Notes under the pieces: model-generated
Database searches by the model: none
What the model was told of the DNA's origin: nothing
Seen by the model: only the letters and a program-made list of their open reading frames with translations
Assembly (NCBI GenBank): GCA_004431415.1
Contig: QPMI01000129.1
Location: 186,001 to 250,000 of the forward strand
From: Cyanophora paradoxa CCMP329
Lineage: Eukaryota > Plantae > Glaucophyta
DNA length: 64,000 nt
Reading direction: 5' to 3'
Made by a program: the position numbers and the translations under genes
Shown: one piece after another, positions 1-12,938 of the stretch
How positions within the stretch are numbered: the first letter of the stretch is position 1
Layout: every line of letters begins with the position of its first letter

Positions 1-430
1 AGGCCGAGGCTGATGATGAGGAGGAGGAGGCCGAGGGCGAGGAGGCCGAGGCCGAGGAGGCCGCGACCGACGAGGAGGCGGACGCGACCGAGGAGGCCGC
101 CGAGGAGGACAAGGAGGAGGAGGCCGCCCCGGCTCCCGCGCCGGCTGGCACGCCCGCCTCGGAGGCCGACGCGCCGGCGTCGGAGGAGGAGGGCAAGGAG
201 GAGGAGGAGGAGGAGACCGAGGAGGTGGACATGTCCGAGCTCGCGTACGCCATCGGCGACGCCCCCGTCGAGTCCGGCGCCGGCTCCTCGTGCATCGTGC
301 GCCCCGCCCCGCCCCGCCCCGCCCCGCCCGCCAGCCCCGCCGACTCGCCGCCGTGCAGGAGGCGTCCGAGGAGGCGATCCCGGCCGAGGAGGTCGCCGAC
401 TTCGCCGATGACGGTTTCTCGTACCTGTAA
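1..430 (+). CDS. 3' end of an acidic (Glu/Ala-rich) hypothetical protein, partial
   Basis: Glu-rich open frame to 296, GT-AG intron 297-358, last exon EASEEAIPAEEVADFADDGFSYL* with TAA at 428-430. Confidence 0.6.
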
Positions 431-658
431 AGGTCTCGCGCCAGCCGCGCAGCGACGCGGCCCTCGACCCGCGTCAAAAACCCGTAGCTCCCGTCAGCCA
501 GTCAGCGCACTCTGTACACCGCAACGTACCAGTAATCTGCCTCTGGGAGAGCAGCTTGGTCGGGCTAAGCGTGATGCAGCGATTGTGCGCCGGACAACGA
601 GCCCGACTAGCCGGACAACGCAATTGCAAGAACATGGCAGGCGCGGGTGAATCGCTGA

Positions 659-2369
659 TTGCTCGCGCGACGCGTGCGCGGGGCTCTGGGCGGAGGAGCA
701 TGTAAACTGGCCGGATTCGACCCCTCGTCCCGGACTGCAGTCGTGTACGCTGGTTGGGGGGCCTGGGGCCAGAGGGCGCTGCTGCCGCGGCCGTTCGCAG
801 ATGCGCGCACCTTCGTTCGCAAATGCACGCGCCTTCGCTCGCAAGTGTACGTTCTTCGTTCGCCGATCACACTGGGGTCTGTGTACCCCCTTCTGGTCAA
901 AAGGCGCCGTCCCCGCTCCATAGCGACCGCGGTCAGGTGTCGCCGTCGGTTCCGAGCCGCCGTTCCGCGTTCGGCGGGGCCTTTTCTGACAGCGGTGACG
1001 TCGCCGCGCGCGGAGCTTTCCGGCCGCCGTCGGTGGCTGGTTAACGTTGCGGCTGTGGCCCGCGAATGATTCCTGTGGCGTTTCGGCAGCGCGGAGGCGC
1101 TTGCGTGTGCATATCCGTCGGTGTCGTTGTTTCGTACTTTTGAGCTGGTCCGGCGTTTCGAGCGCGGGTCTTATTCAGGTCAGGCGCTGCGGGCGGAGCC
1201 TCACCAGGGCGACCGCGCGCCAGTTGCTTGCGGGGGGGCACGGCGAGTGCGCCTGGGGGCCTTTCCTCGCCCCCCTCGCCCTCGTGCGCCTCTTGAGGGG
1301 TCCTCTCAGGTTCCGGCGCCGGCTGGAGGAGGCCGCCCGGCACGGAGAGTGCGAGGTCCACCTGGTCCTCGAGCACTACACCTCCAAGACGTGCGGCAAC
1401 TGCGGTCGGCTCAACGACCGGCTGCGCGGGAGCAAGACGTTCCGCTGCCCCCACTGCGGCGTCGTGATGGACCGCGACTGGAACGGGGCCAGGTGAGCCT
1501 TAGCTGCCAGGCTTAAAGGCCGATCGTAATTTCCCCGATCGTTACTCTAGCGATCGTAACTCGATCGTAACTCTAGCGATCGTAACTCGGGGGCTTGCCT
1601 CTAGATCTAGCCCGGGCTTTTGCCTCTAGCCATCGTAATTTTCCCGGTCGTTACTCTAGCGATCGTAACTCGATCGTAACTCTAGCGATCGTAACTCGGG
1701 GGCTTGCCTCTAGATCTAGCCCGGGCTTTTGCCTCTAGCCATCGTAATTTTCCCGGTCGTTACTCTAGCGATCGTAGCTCTAGCGATCGTAACTCGATCG
1801 TAACTCTAGCGATCGTAACTCCTCTCGCGATCGTAACTCCCGGCTTGCCTCTAGCGATCGTGACTCCTCCGGTCGTAACTCTAGCGATCGTAACTCCTCT
1901 AGCGATCGTAACTCTAGCGATCGTAACTCCTCTCGCGATCGTAACTCCCGGCTTGCCTCTAGCGATCGTGACTCCTCCGGTCGTAACTCTAGCGATCGTA
2001 ACTCCTCTAGCGATCGTAACTCTAGCGATCGTAGCGATCGTAACTCCTCTCTCTCGCGATCGTAACTCCTCTAGCGATCGTAACTCTAGCGATCGTAACT
2101 CCTCTCTCTCGCGATCGTAACTCCTCTAGCGATCGTAACTCTAGCGATCGTAACTCCTCTCGCGATCGTAACTCCCGGCTTGCCTCTGGCGATCGTAATT
2201 TTCCCCGTCGTAACTCTGCTGTCGTAATTCCACGCAATTCGCTATCTAGCAGCTTTGTCTAATCGAAATTCCCCGCAGGAACGTCCTCCTCCGCGTGGCC
2301 TCGGGAGTCGACGAGGCCCGGCGGCTGCCCCCGGAGGGTCCCCAGCAGCAGCAGCAGCAGCAGCAGTAG
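659..2369 (+). pseudogene. Degenerate, intron-containing Fanzor2/TnpB-like RuvC gene (C-terminal half only)
   Basis: RuvC-I-like LAGFDPSSRT (D 719-721); ARRRLRVHIRR helix; exon 1179-1246 VRRCGRSLTRATARQLLAGGHGE; exon 1310-1492 FRRRLEEAAR..VLEHYTSKTCGNCG..FRCPHCGVVMDRDWNGAR; exon 2279-2369 NVLLRVASGVD..polyQ*. No REC/WED region or clear ATG is seen, and the segment equivalent to 33450-33615 of the long copy is missing. Confidence 0.8.
1520..2230. repeat. Intronic minisatellite, 15/18-bp unit CTCTAGCGATCGTAA(CTC) with higher-order ~109-bp and ~108-bp blocks
   Basis: Dozens of CGATCGTAACT cores fill intron 1493-2278 (786 nt). Confidence 0.95.
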
Positions 2370-3314
2370 GTTAGAATAGCCCGTAGTATTCTTTCTTATT
2401 CATCGCGTAGGCCGCCTTCCCAGAGGATAGGCCTCGCAGACGGGGGTAGCCCGGTTCGCGCCTCGTTCTTCGGGGCTGGCGGAGCTTGGCACTGCTCTAC
2501 TATCCCCCTACGGGCCCGGCATCCCCCGGGTACCAGCACGTAGCATGTGGGCGTGTAGCTACCGTGTGAAGAGCAAGAACTGGCTATAGCTGCCGGACAC
2601 CGCGAGCTAGAGCGCCGCCCTCCAGAGCAGCTCAAGCCGAGGCACGCACATTTAAACGCTAGCCGCTCCATCAGCAAGAAAGCTTAAGCGTGCGCATGCT
2701 GGCCATGGCCAAGACAGCTGCGCATATGCATGCAGAGCAAGGCGACAGCGACGCGCAGTGCCAGAGACAGCGACGCGCAGCGACGCGCATGATAGCTCAC
2801 TGAGTCAGCGGCTAGCCGCTGAGCACCAGGCCATCAGCAAGGAAGCTAGCACTGCGCATGCAGAGCAAGGCGACAGCGACGCGCGGCGCCCGAGAACTCC
2901 TTGCATGGAGTGCATCAATGAGTCGCTGACTTCGACAAACCAAACTGCGCATGCGCGCGCAGCTGCAGCGCGTCGAAACCTGGCTTGGGGGGGGCGACCT
3001 TGTTGGGGGTACAGGTCTTTGCAAAGGAGCGCGGCGTAGCCCGGCCCCGCACCCGTAGCCCTCTTCCGTCGGCCCGTCGCTCGTCGGAGAATCCCGAGGG
3101 AGCCCATAAAGCGCGGGCACTCGGCAATTCAAACGGTCTGGTCGTGTCATTCGCGAATTCCTCGTGAGGTGCGTTCTCTCCGAAGTGCGTCGGAAAACCT
3201 GCCCGAAAAGCCGCCGCGGGCCTCCTCGTAGCTTTCACGAGTTGAAACTCATGCATTCTTCCCTTCCGCAGCCAGGGGAGCCCCCGCGCGACTCGGATTT
3301 CAAACACCGAGAAG

Positions 3315-4934
3315 ATGGAGGCGACGCTCGAGCAGCAGCAAATGGAAGCGCAGCAGATGCAGCAGATTCCGATTGAGCAGCAGCAAATGATGGAGCAGCA
3401 ACAGATGGAGCCGCAGCCCATAGGCGTAGACGTCATGGACCAGCAGGTCGTGGCGGCGGTAGTCCCGATGCAGGCGTCGCAGATGGACAAGGCCATGATG
3501 AGCCGGCCTTCCACTGGCAAGGGAGGCAAGTGGTACGCCATTCGGCATGGCCGGCAGACCGGCCTGTTCCAGAACTGGTATGTAGCGCCCTCCGGATTCT
3601 GTTGTCGCTGCCGCCACCAACTCGCCACGCAGGGATGAAGTCCGCGAGAACGTGTACGGTGTTCCTAAGGCTAGCTTTAAGAGTTTCAACACGCGGGAGG
3701 AGGCCGAGAACTGGCTGAAGGCAGCTCCGGCCGCCGCGACCGCCCCCACCGTTGCTCGCGCCTCTGGCAAGCGCTCCCGAAACCCGGATGGAGAAACAGA
3801 GACCACCAAGCGTTGGAGGCTCGCTTTGGACTCTATCAAGGTCACTGAGGATGAAGTCATCATTTACTCGTGCGCCCGACCAGCAATTTTCGCGCGCGCC
3901 CCGTAAACTTGTGTTGCTCTGCAGCGATGGCTCGTGCATTCGCAATCCCGGCCCCGGTGGTGCGCATAAATCCCCTATTCAAGTCTCTTGGCTTAGCGGG
4001 ATCGCGCAGGCTACGCCTACCTGGTCGTCTTCCAGCCGCTGTTCCTGGGACGGCCCGGCGCCTTCGAAATGATGGCTCGCAGTGGCTGCGAGGTGTCTAC
4101 GACGAACAATCGAATGGAGCTTCTGGGTTCGCACGCCCGCCTCCCCTCTTCCCGTCCGCCCGCCCCCCTAATCTATTCCCGCAGGTGTCACAACTGCGCT
4201 CCGCCAAATTAACCGCCACGGCGCCTCGTGCGTGCCCCGACCTGTGTAGTTCTCGTGCCCCTTTGACGTTAATTTCTGCACGGCGCGTAGTGTGCACGTT
4301 TTCATCGACTCTTCATGTGCGTAGGGGGGTCCTGCAGAGATTGCCCTGCAGCCCGCTGACGATCTTCGCGGGGCAGACATCAAGCGCGGCGTTAACGACT
4401 GGTTGAAGGGCTGGAAGGACAACGGCTGGCGTACGACGGAGGGCGCGCCCATCAAGAACAAGGAGCTGTGCGCCGGCCTTTCTCTCTGACTCGCGCGCGG
4501 AGGCCTGCTTTGACCGGCGCGCGCGCTTGGCAGCTGGGAAGACCTCGATCGCATGATGAACCTGCACACTGTCCAGTGGCACTGGGTCGAGGTGCGCGCC
4601 GCGGGCCCCGTCCCCTCCGCGCGCCGGGTGCTGACTTGCGCCGCAGCCGCACGCCGGCGTGCCCGGGAACAACCTGGTGGATGGTATGGCGCTGCGCGCC
4701 GCCACGACGCAGCAGCAGGAGGAGGCGAACGCGTCAGGCGAGCACGTTCTGCAGTTCGTGCCCGGCCGGCGCGTCCGGGGCTCGCTGGGCGGGATCCAGT
4801 TCATGACGCACTCGGCGTCGCCGCCGCCGGTGCTCCACCTCGGCCACGGCGACGGCCTCCCGCCCGCGGCGCACATGCCCGACTTCGGCGTCGTCAACCT
4901 CGACAATCTGCCCCCGCTCCCGCCCGTCCGGTGA
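3315..4934 (+). CDS. RNASEH1: Ribonuclease H1 (hybrid-binding domain + RNase H domain), spliced
   Basis: WYAIRHGRQTGLFQNW..SFKSFNTREEAENWL hybrid-binding domain; IYSDGSCIRNPGPGG, TTNNRMEL, WLKGWKDNGWRT..IKNKELW, VQWHWV, HAGVPGNNLVD. Confidence 0.9.
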
Positions 4935-5095
4935 AGTTGCCTCGCCGGCAGCCCCCTTTATCGCCTCCTCTTCGCTAGATAGTCAGTTCCAGAGTCACAG
5001 CGCCCCCGCCCTCCCCCCCGTTCGCCGTCTTCTCGCCCTAGCTGTTCAGCACACTCTTTTCCTAACACGGCACCGTTTTCCAACGTGAGCGCCAC

Positions 5096-6169
5096 TCATC
5101 GATCGTCCGCGGCCGGCGCCCCCTCTACGAGGGGGTCCTTCCGCCTCCTCCGGCTGCGGCCAGGCTTGTCCGACACGATTTCCGCACCGACGCCGCTGGC
5201 GTCGTAGAACTCCTGCGCGGGCATCGGCCTTGTGCGAGCAGCAGGCCCTCGGCGCTCACTCGCCTGCATGATCTGGCACGCGGCGATCGCGTCGATGTCC
5301 TGGTGCCTCGCCTGCGCCTTCCGGCCCGCCTCCCGCAGCTGCTCCTCGGCGATCACACTGCGATGGCACGGGAAGCTTTAAACAGAAAGGGCGAGATGAC
5401 GCAGAGAGTATTACCTCGAAAACCGCTCATCCCAAAGAAGCACGGGCGTGGGGGCGGCCGCGACAGCAAGCTGCCTGGCGAACGCGACGCAGCGGTTCGC
5501 TTGTACGCCCTCGCTGCCGTCCTTCATGAGTGCCAGACCAACGACGAGCCTCCCCACGCCGCGCGCTCGCGCCAGCTCGAGGATTTGATCTACGAGGTCC
5601 TGGTCGTTCTTGCCACGCTCCAGGACTGCGAGCGGCCGCGGCGCGAAGCCAAGGCCCGCCGCGATGCCCACCTGGCCACGGTGGGGGTCGGCATACGCGG
5701 AGACGAGCGGCAGGCATGTCACGCAACGCGCTTCAAACCGTAGTCAATGCACAGCATGTCCGCAGGCGGAAGCGGTTCTTGGTTCAGAACGCGCTTGCGC
5801 GGGGCGCGCTGGAAGCTAGATCTGGCCTCTCCTAGTGCCGTCGGGTCTTGCTTCAGGTCGCTGAGCTCTGCGCTCGGCTTACGGTTGCGGCATCTATCTG
5901 CAGGTCCTGCCCAAGCACGCACCAGATCGCGCCAGCCAGAACGTTTGTGCGGCTTTCCACGCTCTCTCGCTCTTCGTTATGCGGCTACACCATACCGGCT
6001 TGCTGCCCAGGGCCCAGCTCCTCGAGGTAGCGCGGCTGATCCAGCCCGATTCCGCGCGGCCGGGCGGGGCGCCGGCGCGCGGGCGAGCAGTCTCCGAATA
6101 CTTAGCTAAAATCGAGCATCGGAAGTGTGCGCCGATCAACGCCACGGTGGCGAAGCACGGGCCGTCCAT
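5096..6169 (-). CDS. yqgF: YqgF/RuvX-family nuclease (putative pre-16S rRNA nuclease), probably organelle-targeted
   Basis: MLCIDYGLKR|VGIA, LVVGL, LWDERFS, IDAIAACQIM motifs across introns; N-terminal MDGPCFAT.. presequence-like (start codon tentative). Confidence 0.8.
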
Positions 6170-6198
6170 CCGGGTACGCGTGGATTGTGACGAAAAGC

Positions 6199-7957
6199 AT
6201 GGCAGACCACGGCGGCCAGCCCGAGAGCCAGGAGGAGCACCGCGAGCATGATGCGAGCGCGAATGAACCGCGCCACGATGGCTCCGAGGGTGAGAAGAAC
6301 TCGTCCGGCAGCGCGCGCTGCGTGGGTAACGGGGCCGCGCAGACGTGCAAGAATCGGACTCGCGTGATCGAGAACGCGACGATGGGAGCGACGACGACCG
6401 TCGACGCCGGCGCGACGACAGTCCTCGGAAGCACGACGACAAGGACCGGGACAGGGATCGCCACGACGATCACGGCGGTAGCTCTCGCTCCGGAGGCGCG
6501 TTGCGTCGAACCAGAACTCGCCGCCTGCCTGAGTGGGCGCTCGCCGCAGATCGCGGAGGAAAGGGCCAAAGGTGCTGCCTAGCCTGCTCCGGCAAGTCTC
6601 GCGAGAATGGACGTTGCTGCGTATGCCTCGTTCCAACGCGCGAGCGCCGTATGCCACTCGGTGCGCTGGTCTTTCGACGCGGGCAGCGTCATCGTTCCCT
6701 GACGGCTGGTTCTCAGGCCCCGACGGCTGCAAGTCGTGCGGCTGCCAAGGATGCTTTCCGGACGATGTAGCGCAAGGCCTGGTGCCCCCGCCTAACGCGC
6801 GCTGGCGGTCCGTGGCTTCCTTGCTCGCAGCTGTGCCGCGGCGATAACCTCCTGTGTGAGCAGGCGGCCAGCATCGCCACCTCGCGGCGGCGGGCACTAC
6901 GCGCAGCCCATGATGCCTTTCCCTTTCTTTCCACCGTTCAGTATGGCTGCGGCGATGGGCGCATACGCTCCGTCTGCGGCACCCCCTCCTCCGCAACATA
7001 ACGAGCAGCTGAAGCACGGCTGCTGCAAGCCGTGCATGAAGAAGTTCTCGGAATCGGGGCGGGCCTGCCTGTGCCAGGTTCTTCTATTCCTTTTCCTGAT
7101 CTCATCGTTGGAGGGTGACGTTTCCATCAGGTCCCTAGTCAAGTCCGGCGCACCGAGATGCCCCCGCAGGGGTGCAAAGTCTGCGGATGCCGCGGTCCGT
7201 CCGCCCCACTTCTGCGCGCGCCTGCGCACCCGCGCCGCTCACGCTCCATTTGCAGGGTGCCACCCCGACGAGAAAGACAAGGACCAGGGCCGCGCCGCCG
7301 GTGAGGCCTGAAGCTTCATGACGCGAGCAAAGATTCAGCTCACCGTGCGGCAGACATGGGCGGGTACGGGTTCGACATGGGCGCGGGCGGCCTCCTCCCG
7401 TTCCCGCCGGGCGCCATGTGCGTTCGGCTCGCGGGGCACCCAGCCCCTTCCTTGTGCTCCGCGCTGAGCTGATTGATACTGCGGCGCAGGGACGCGAGGG
7501 GCGGCGGCGGCGGAGGCATGGGCGGGGGCAGGGGCGGCGGGGGCATGGGCCCGGGCGTGGGGGCGGGCGGGCCGGGCGGGGCGGCGGCCTTCGTCGCGCC
7601 GGCGATGATGCAGGCGATGATGGCCAACTTCGCCTACGACCGCCGCATGCTCCCCGGCGGCGGCGGCGGCGGCGGCGGCGGCTCCCGCGGCAGCCCCGGC
7701 GGGGGGCCCCCCATGGGTCCCATGTTCGGGGGCCCCGCGGACATGTTCGGCGGGGGCATGATGGGTCACGGCTACGACCCGTACGCGCAGTACGGCTACG
7801 GCATGGGCGCCCCCGTCGGCGGCAAGCGCGACCGTGTCCGCCCCTACCCCTCCCGACGCTCCCCTTTCCCCGTGCCCCGCCGACAGCCCTGCAGGATGCC
7901 GATTACGACTATGACGGGAAGCGTTACCGTCGTGACAGCCCTCCCCGCCGCCGCTGA
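6199..7957 (+). CDS. Hypothetical RD-rich / Gly-Met-rich protein with two Cys-rich modules
   Basis: Spliced ORF; CCLAC..CCVCLVP..GCKSCGCQGCFPDD and CCKPC..CLCQVP..GCKVCGC..GCHPDE; ends KRYRRDSPPRRR*. Confidence 0.6.
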
Positions 7958-8478
7958 CCTCCGCCCCTCTCCGCCGCCGCCTCCGTACGTCCCTTTCCGA
8001 CTTCCCCCTTCCCGCCCTCCGCGCCATCCGCCCTTCCTGTTCTCTGGAGCCCTGAATCTAGCACGGCCTTCCATCCTCCCGCTCTCTGACATCAAGCCCA
8101 TTCTGCCGCTCTAACTCCTGCCATTTCCCGCCGCGCCTCTCCCCCGAATGCCAAGTCATCGCCCCGCTCGCCCCCTCGTTCTCTATTCGCCGTCATCCAC
8201 TTCCCAATCCCCCTTCCCCCTCCACAGGTCCGGCGCCACCAGCCCCCTCCACCCTCCTCCGCCGAGCTCCATCTACTCCTGGCTTTGCCAAGTTGGTGGA
8301 GCGCCGAACGTGCTAGCTATAGTGCTGTTGTTGTGTCCCTCCGAAATGAGACTACTGACGTTGTTGGTAGCGGCTTCTGGCCGCGAGCCGGCGTCCGTGC
8401 GAGGGCATGTGCACAGGTATAAGGCGAGACTATATATTGCGAACTGGAAACAAAGTTACTCCACGAACTACGGTAGCC

Positions 8479-9142
8479 TCAAACACTCAAATAGCGCCTG
8501 AGCACAGTTCGTCAGCGGCGTCATGGGCCGGGCAGAGCGCGCCACTCACCGGCCCTTCTCCAACCTCCTCTTGAGCACCTTCCGCCCGTTCCTCGTCTTA
8601 AGACGGCGCAGAAAGCCGTGAGTGCGTTTCCGCTTCCGCAGGCTGGGCTGGAACGTGCGCTTGATGAGCGTTGGGGCAGCTGCGAGGATCGCAACGATGT
8701 CAAATCCACTGTCTCAAGTGATCAGGGAGGACAGGGTGCGGTGCGGCGCACTTGCGTGGAAGCCGCGACAGGCCACACTCGACGCGACTCCGATTCGCAG
8801 AGGAGCCAGCGATGCGCGCGAAAACACGCCGAGAGTGAAGTTCCCGAACGCTCGCTGTTGGATAGCCGCCGGGAGGGCGCGGCGGAGGCTGCTCAAAGTA
8901 GCCAGCGGAGTGGCACATGCAGCGGAGCTCGTCGAGGACGATGCAGAGGGGGCCGCCTTCGACGCAGTCGCTACATGCACGATGCCAGCGGCGGGATGCA
9001 GGCCACGGACAGCCACCGCCGGCGACCGAACCCAAGCGCTCGACGCCGCGTGCTGTCCGACCGCCGCAATCGACGCCGAGCTTGTTGAAACAATGCCCCG
9101 CGCAGGGGCCAGCACAGAGGGCCGCAACAGCCGGCCGAGCAT
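8479..9142 (-). CDS. MRPL34: Mitochondrial ribosomal protein bL34 with presequence
   Basis: Exon ~8550-8680 gives [38 protein letters not shown]|RYLSV*; N-terminal [16 protein letters not shown] Arg/Ser/Ala-rich leader. The L34 domain is not shown in the supplied ORF track. Confidence 0.88.
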
Positions 9143-9369
9143 TTCGCCTTCGGCGCGGGTGTACCCGTCTGCGGCTCCCTTGCAATTGCCCAGGCCTGCA
9201 GAAATTCGTCGCAAACGTATACGCAATCGCTCTTGATTAATTTTGCGTCGCATTCGTATCGATCATCAAAATTGAAGGAGTAGTGCAGAGGAGGCGGGGA
9301 CAACATGGAGGGGTAGCGCGGGGGGACTGCAGGCGCTCAGGCGCGAGCTAATGCAGGGGATCGCAATCA

Positions 9370-10562
<1,193 letters not shown>

Positions 10563-11153
10563 CTGCGCAAGCGGGAAAGCGGTTCAGAACTTCGCAGCTA
10601 GCGCCGCTCTGCTGACGCGGATTGCTCGCTCGGCGGGATCATCGCGAGCCCGCGAGTTGGGGGGTGTTCCACGCCCTTGCTGCGCGCTGCGCAGCGAACC
10701 TTGCCTCTGTCTTCGCGGGCCTGTGCTGGTCGTCGGTGGTCGATCGAACTTGCTCCGGGCGGGGTACGGGTCTCTTCAGCCTTGCGACGCCACCGCTCAG
10801 CATATAATTTCAACCCCCAGCTGACCCGGCCGGCGGTGTGGACGGGTTCCAGCGGCACTTGACATTCTGTAGTTGCGCGGCGGCGGCGTCGCGGCGGCGC
10901 TTGCCGGCGAACTTCCTCAGCACTGGGCAACCAGGCGCTCTCCGGTGGCCTGGGTCTCTCCCCGCGAGCCTCGTCGGCGTCTACTTCGGTAGTTGAACCT
11001 CCTTCGGAGGCGTCAGCGAGCCCGTCGCCCAAGGGCGTGGCCAAGTCGACGAGGCGGTCCCTCCAGGCGAGTTTACTGCCCAGAACGCCGCCTCACGGGA
11101 GGCGCACCGATCGGACCGATCGAGAGCCCGCGGAATTAGAAAACGACGTTGCC

Positions 11154-12259
11154 ATGAGCCCTTGCCTTCCTTGCCCTTATTGCCGGTGAGTGTTCGGTGG
11201 CCTGCGTCGCAGCGTTTCGTCTCTCAAGAGGCGGGCAGGCTGGTACCGGAGGGAGATTACTTGGATTTAGAGGCACATATCAGACGGCAAGTGACGTCGA
11301 TGGCGCTCGGATCAACCCTGCCGCCTTGAAACCTTATCCTATCGGCAGTTGTGTCGCGGAGCGCCGAGCGACTGTGCAGTCGGAGACGTATCCAAAGTCC
11401 GTAACGCTCTACAGACAGTGCATCTGCCTTTCTGATCGCCCGCCGCGCGCAGGTTCTGCAAGCACCCGCTCTTCCCTCTCCTGACGACGCCCCCCACGCC
11501 GGAGATTGCTCGCGGCTGTCCGGATGGTACGTTTTGGCCTCGAGCTCGCCGGATAGACTCCAGGACCGAACTTTGCGCAGCGACGGAGATTGCGGATGGG
11601 ATCTTCCTGGGCGGCGCGCGGAGCGCGAAGGACCACTCGTGGCTCTTCCGGGCGAAGATCAGGACGATCCTCAACATGGCGAACGACGTGAACAGCCCGC
11701 TGGACGTGTACTCGAAGCTCGGCATCTCCTTCAAGGCCCGCCCCGCCGCCGTCCCGCGCCGGCCGCCCCTCCGGCGCCGCTGATTCCCCCAGCAGCGGAT
11801 CCCGTGCGCGGACCACAGCTCCTTCAACATGCGGCCGATGTTCGAGGAGGCGTTTGCGTTCCTCGACACGGCGCCCCGGCCCGCCTACGTCCACTGCGCC
11901 GTCGGCGTCAGCCGCTCCGCCACAATCGTCATCGCGTACCTCGTGCGCCGTACCCCCACCGCGCCTTGCTACCCTGCACCCCCGCCCACGCCCCGCGCCC
12001 CGGGCAGATGGCGAAGAAGAAGCTGAGCCTCGTGGAGGCGTTCACGCTCGTGCGGGAGAAGCGGCCGATCGTGTACCCCAACAAGGGCCTCCTCCTCGCC
12101 CTCCTCCTCTTCGAGCGCGAGCTCGTCGGGGAGGACCGCGCCTCCGCGCCCCTCGACATCGTGCGGCCCTGTACCCCCGCCCCCGCCGAGCCCGCTCGCC
12201 CCGCCGACGCGCCGCCGCAGGTCGACCTGCACTTCGACCCCACGCCGATGCCCGTCTGA
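11154..12259 (+). CDS. Dual-specificity protein phosphatase
   Basis: EIADGIFLGG, IRTILNMA, VHCAVGVSRSATIVIAYL, VREKRPIVYPNKG; start uncertain. Confidence 0.88.
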
Positions 12260-12938
12260 AGGGCGGCGGGCGTGCGGCGCGGGCGGTGCGGCGCGTTGGC
12301 CTTTTCAGGCGCAGCAGCGGCGGCGCCAGCAGCAGGAGATTTCAAGGGGGGCTTCTCTCCCCCCCTGCCGTCGGAAGCGGCGGCAGCAGTAGCGGCCAGG
12401 GGAGGCTCGGGGATCTGCGGTGCATCAGAATAACAGCTTCTTCGTCTAGCTTCGTTGCCGTTCCAGTTTTTCTTCGCTTGCACTTCGCGGTTTGTGCTGT
12501 ACGTTTTCCCTTTTTGTCAGTATCGCTCATTAGATAGGCACATTTCATTAAACTCTCGATCCTTGTACGTAGACAGTTTTGCGCGGCGAGCTTTACTTGC
12601 TCGTCGATTGTTGTAGCTCCTCTTCAGAAGACTATACAGCCGTCCCTGTCATAATTCTTTACTCTCCTAGCTGCAGCTATAGACAGTATACGTACTAGTC
12701 GAGAGCCGCGCGCGAGATGGTTCGCCGCCCTCTGCGAGGCTCGAGTTGGCGAAAGTCGCTTATAGCGTTTCCCAGCGTTTTGGCCCTATGTTCTTGTGCA
12801 CAGGAAGCCGATGTTAGTTATGAACAATACAGATTTCGATACCTCGCTTGCATCGCTACGTTTACATTACGTCGCAGCACAGCTGCAGATTGCCATATGA
12901 TTGGCGCGGGGCGCTTGGAGCGTGGAGGCGGGGCGGGG

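Noticed and set aside
1704-2120. 138-aa ORF with LAIVTP repeats
   Set aside because: Translation of the intronic minisatellite.
659-6169. Fanzor, RNase H1 and YqgF adjacent as an RNase H-fold nuclease cluster
   Set aside because: RNase H1 and YqgF look like ordinary housekeeping genes; there is no evidence of functional linkage.
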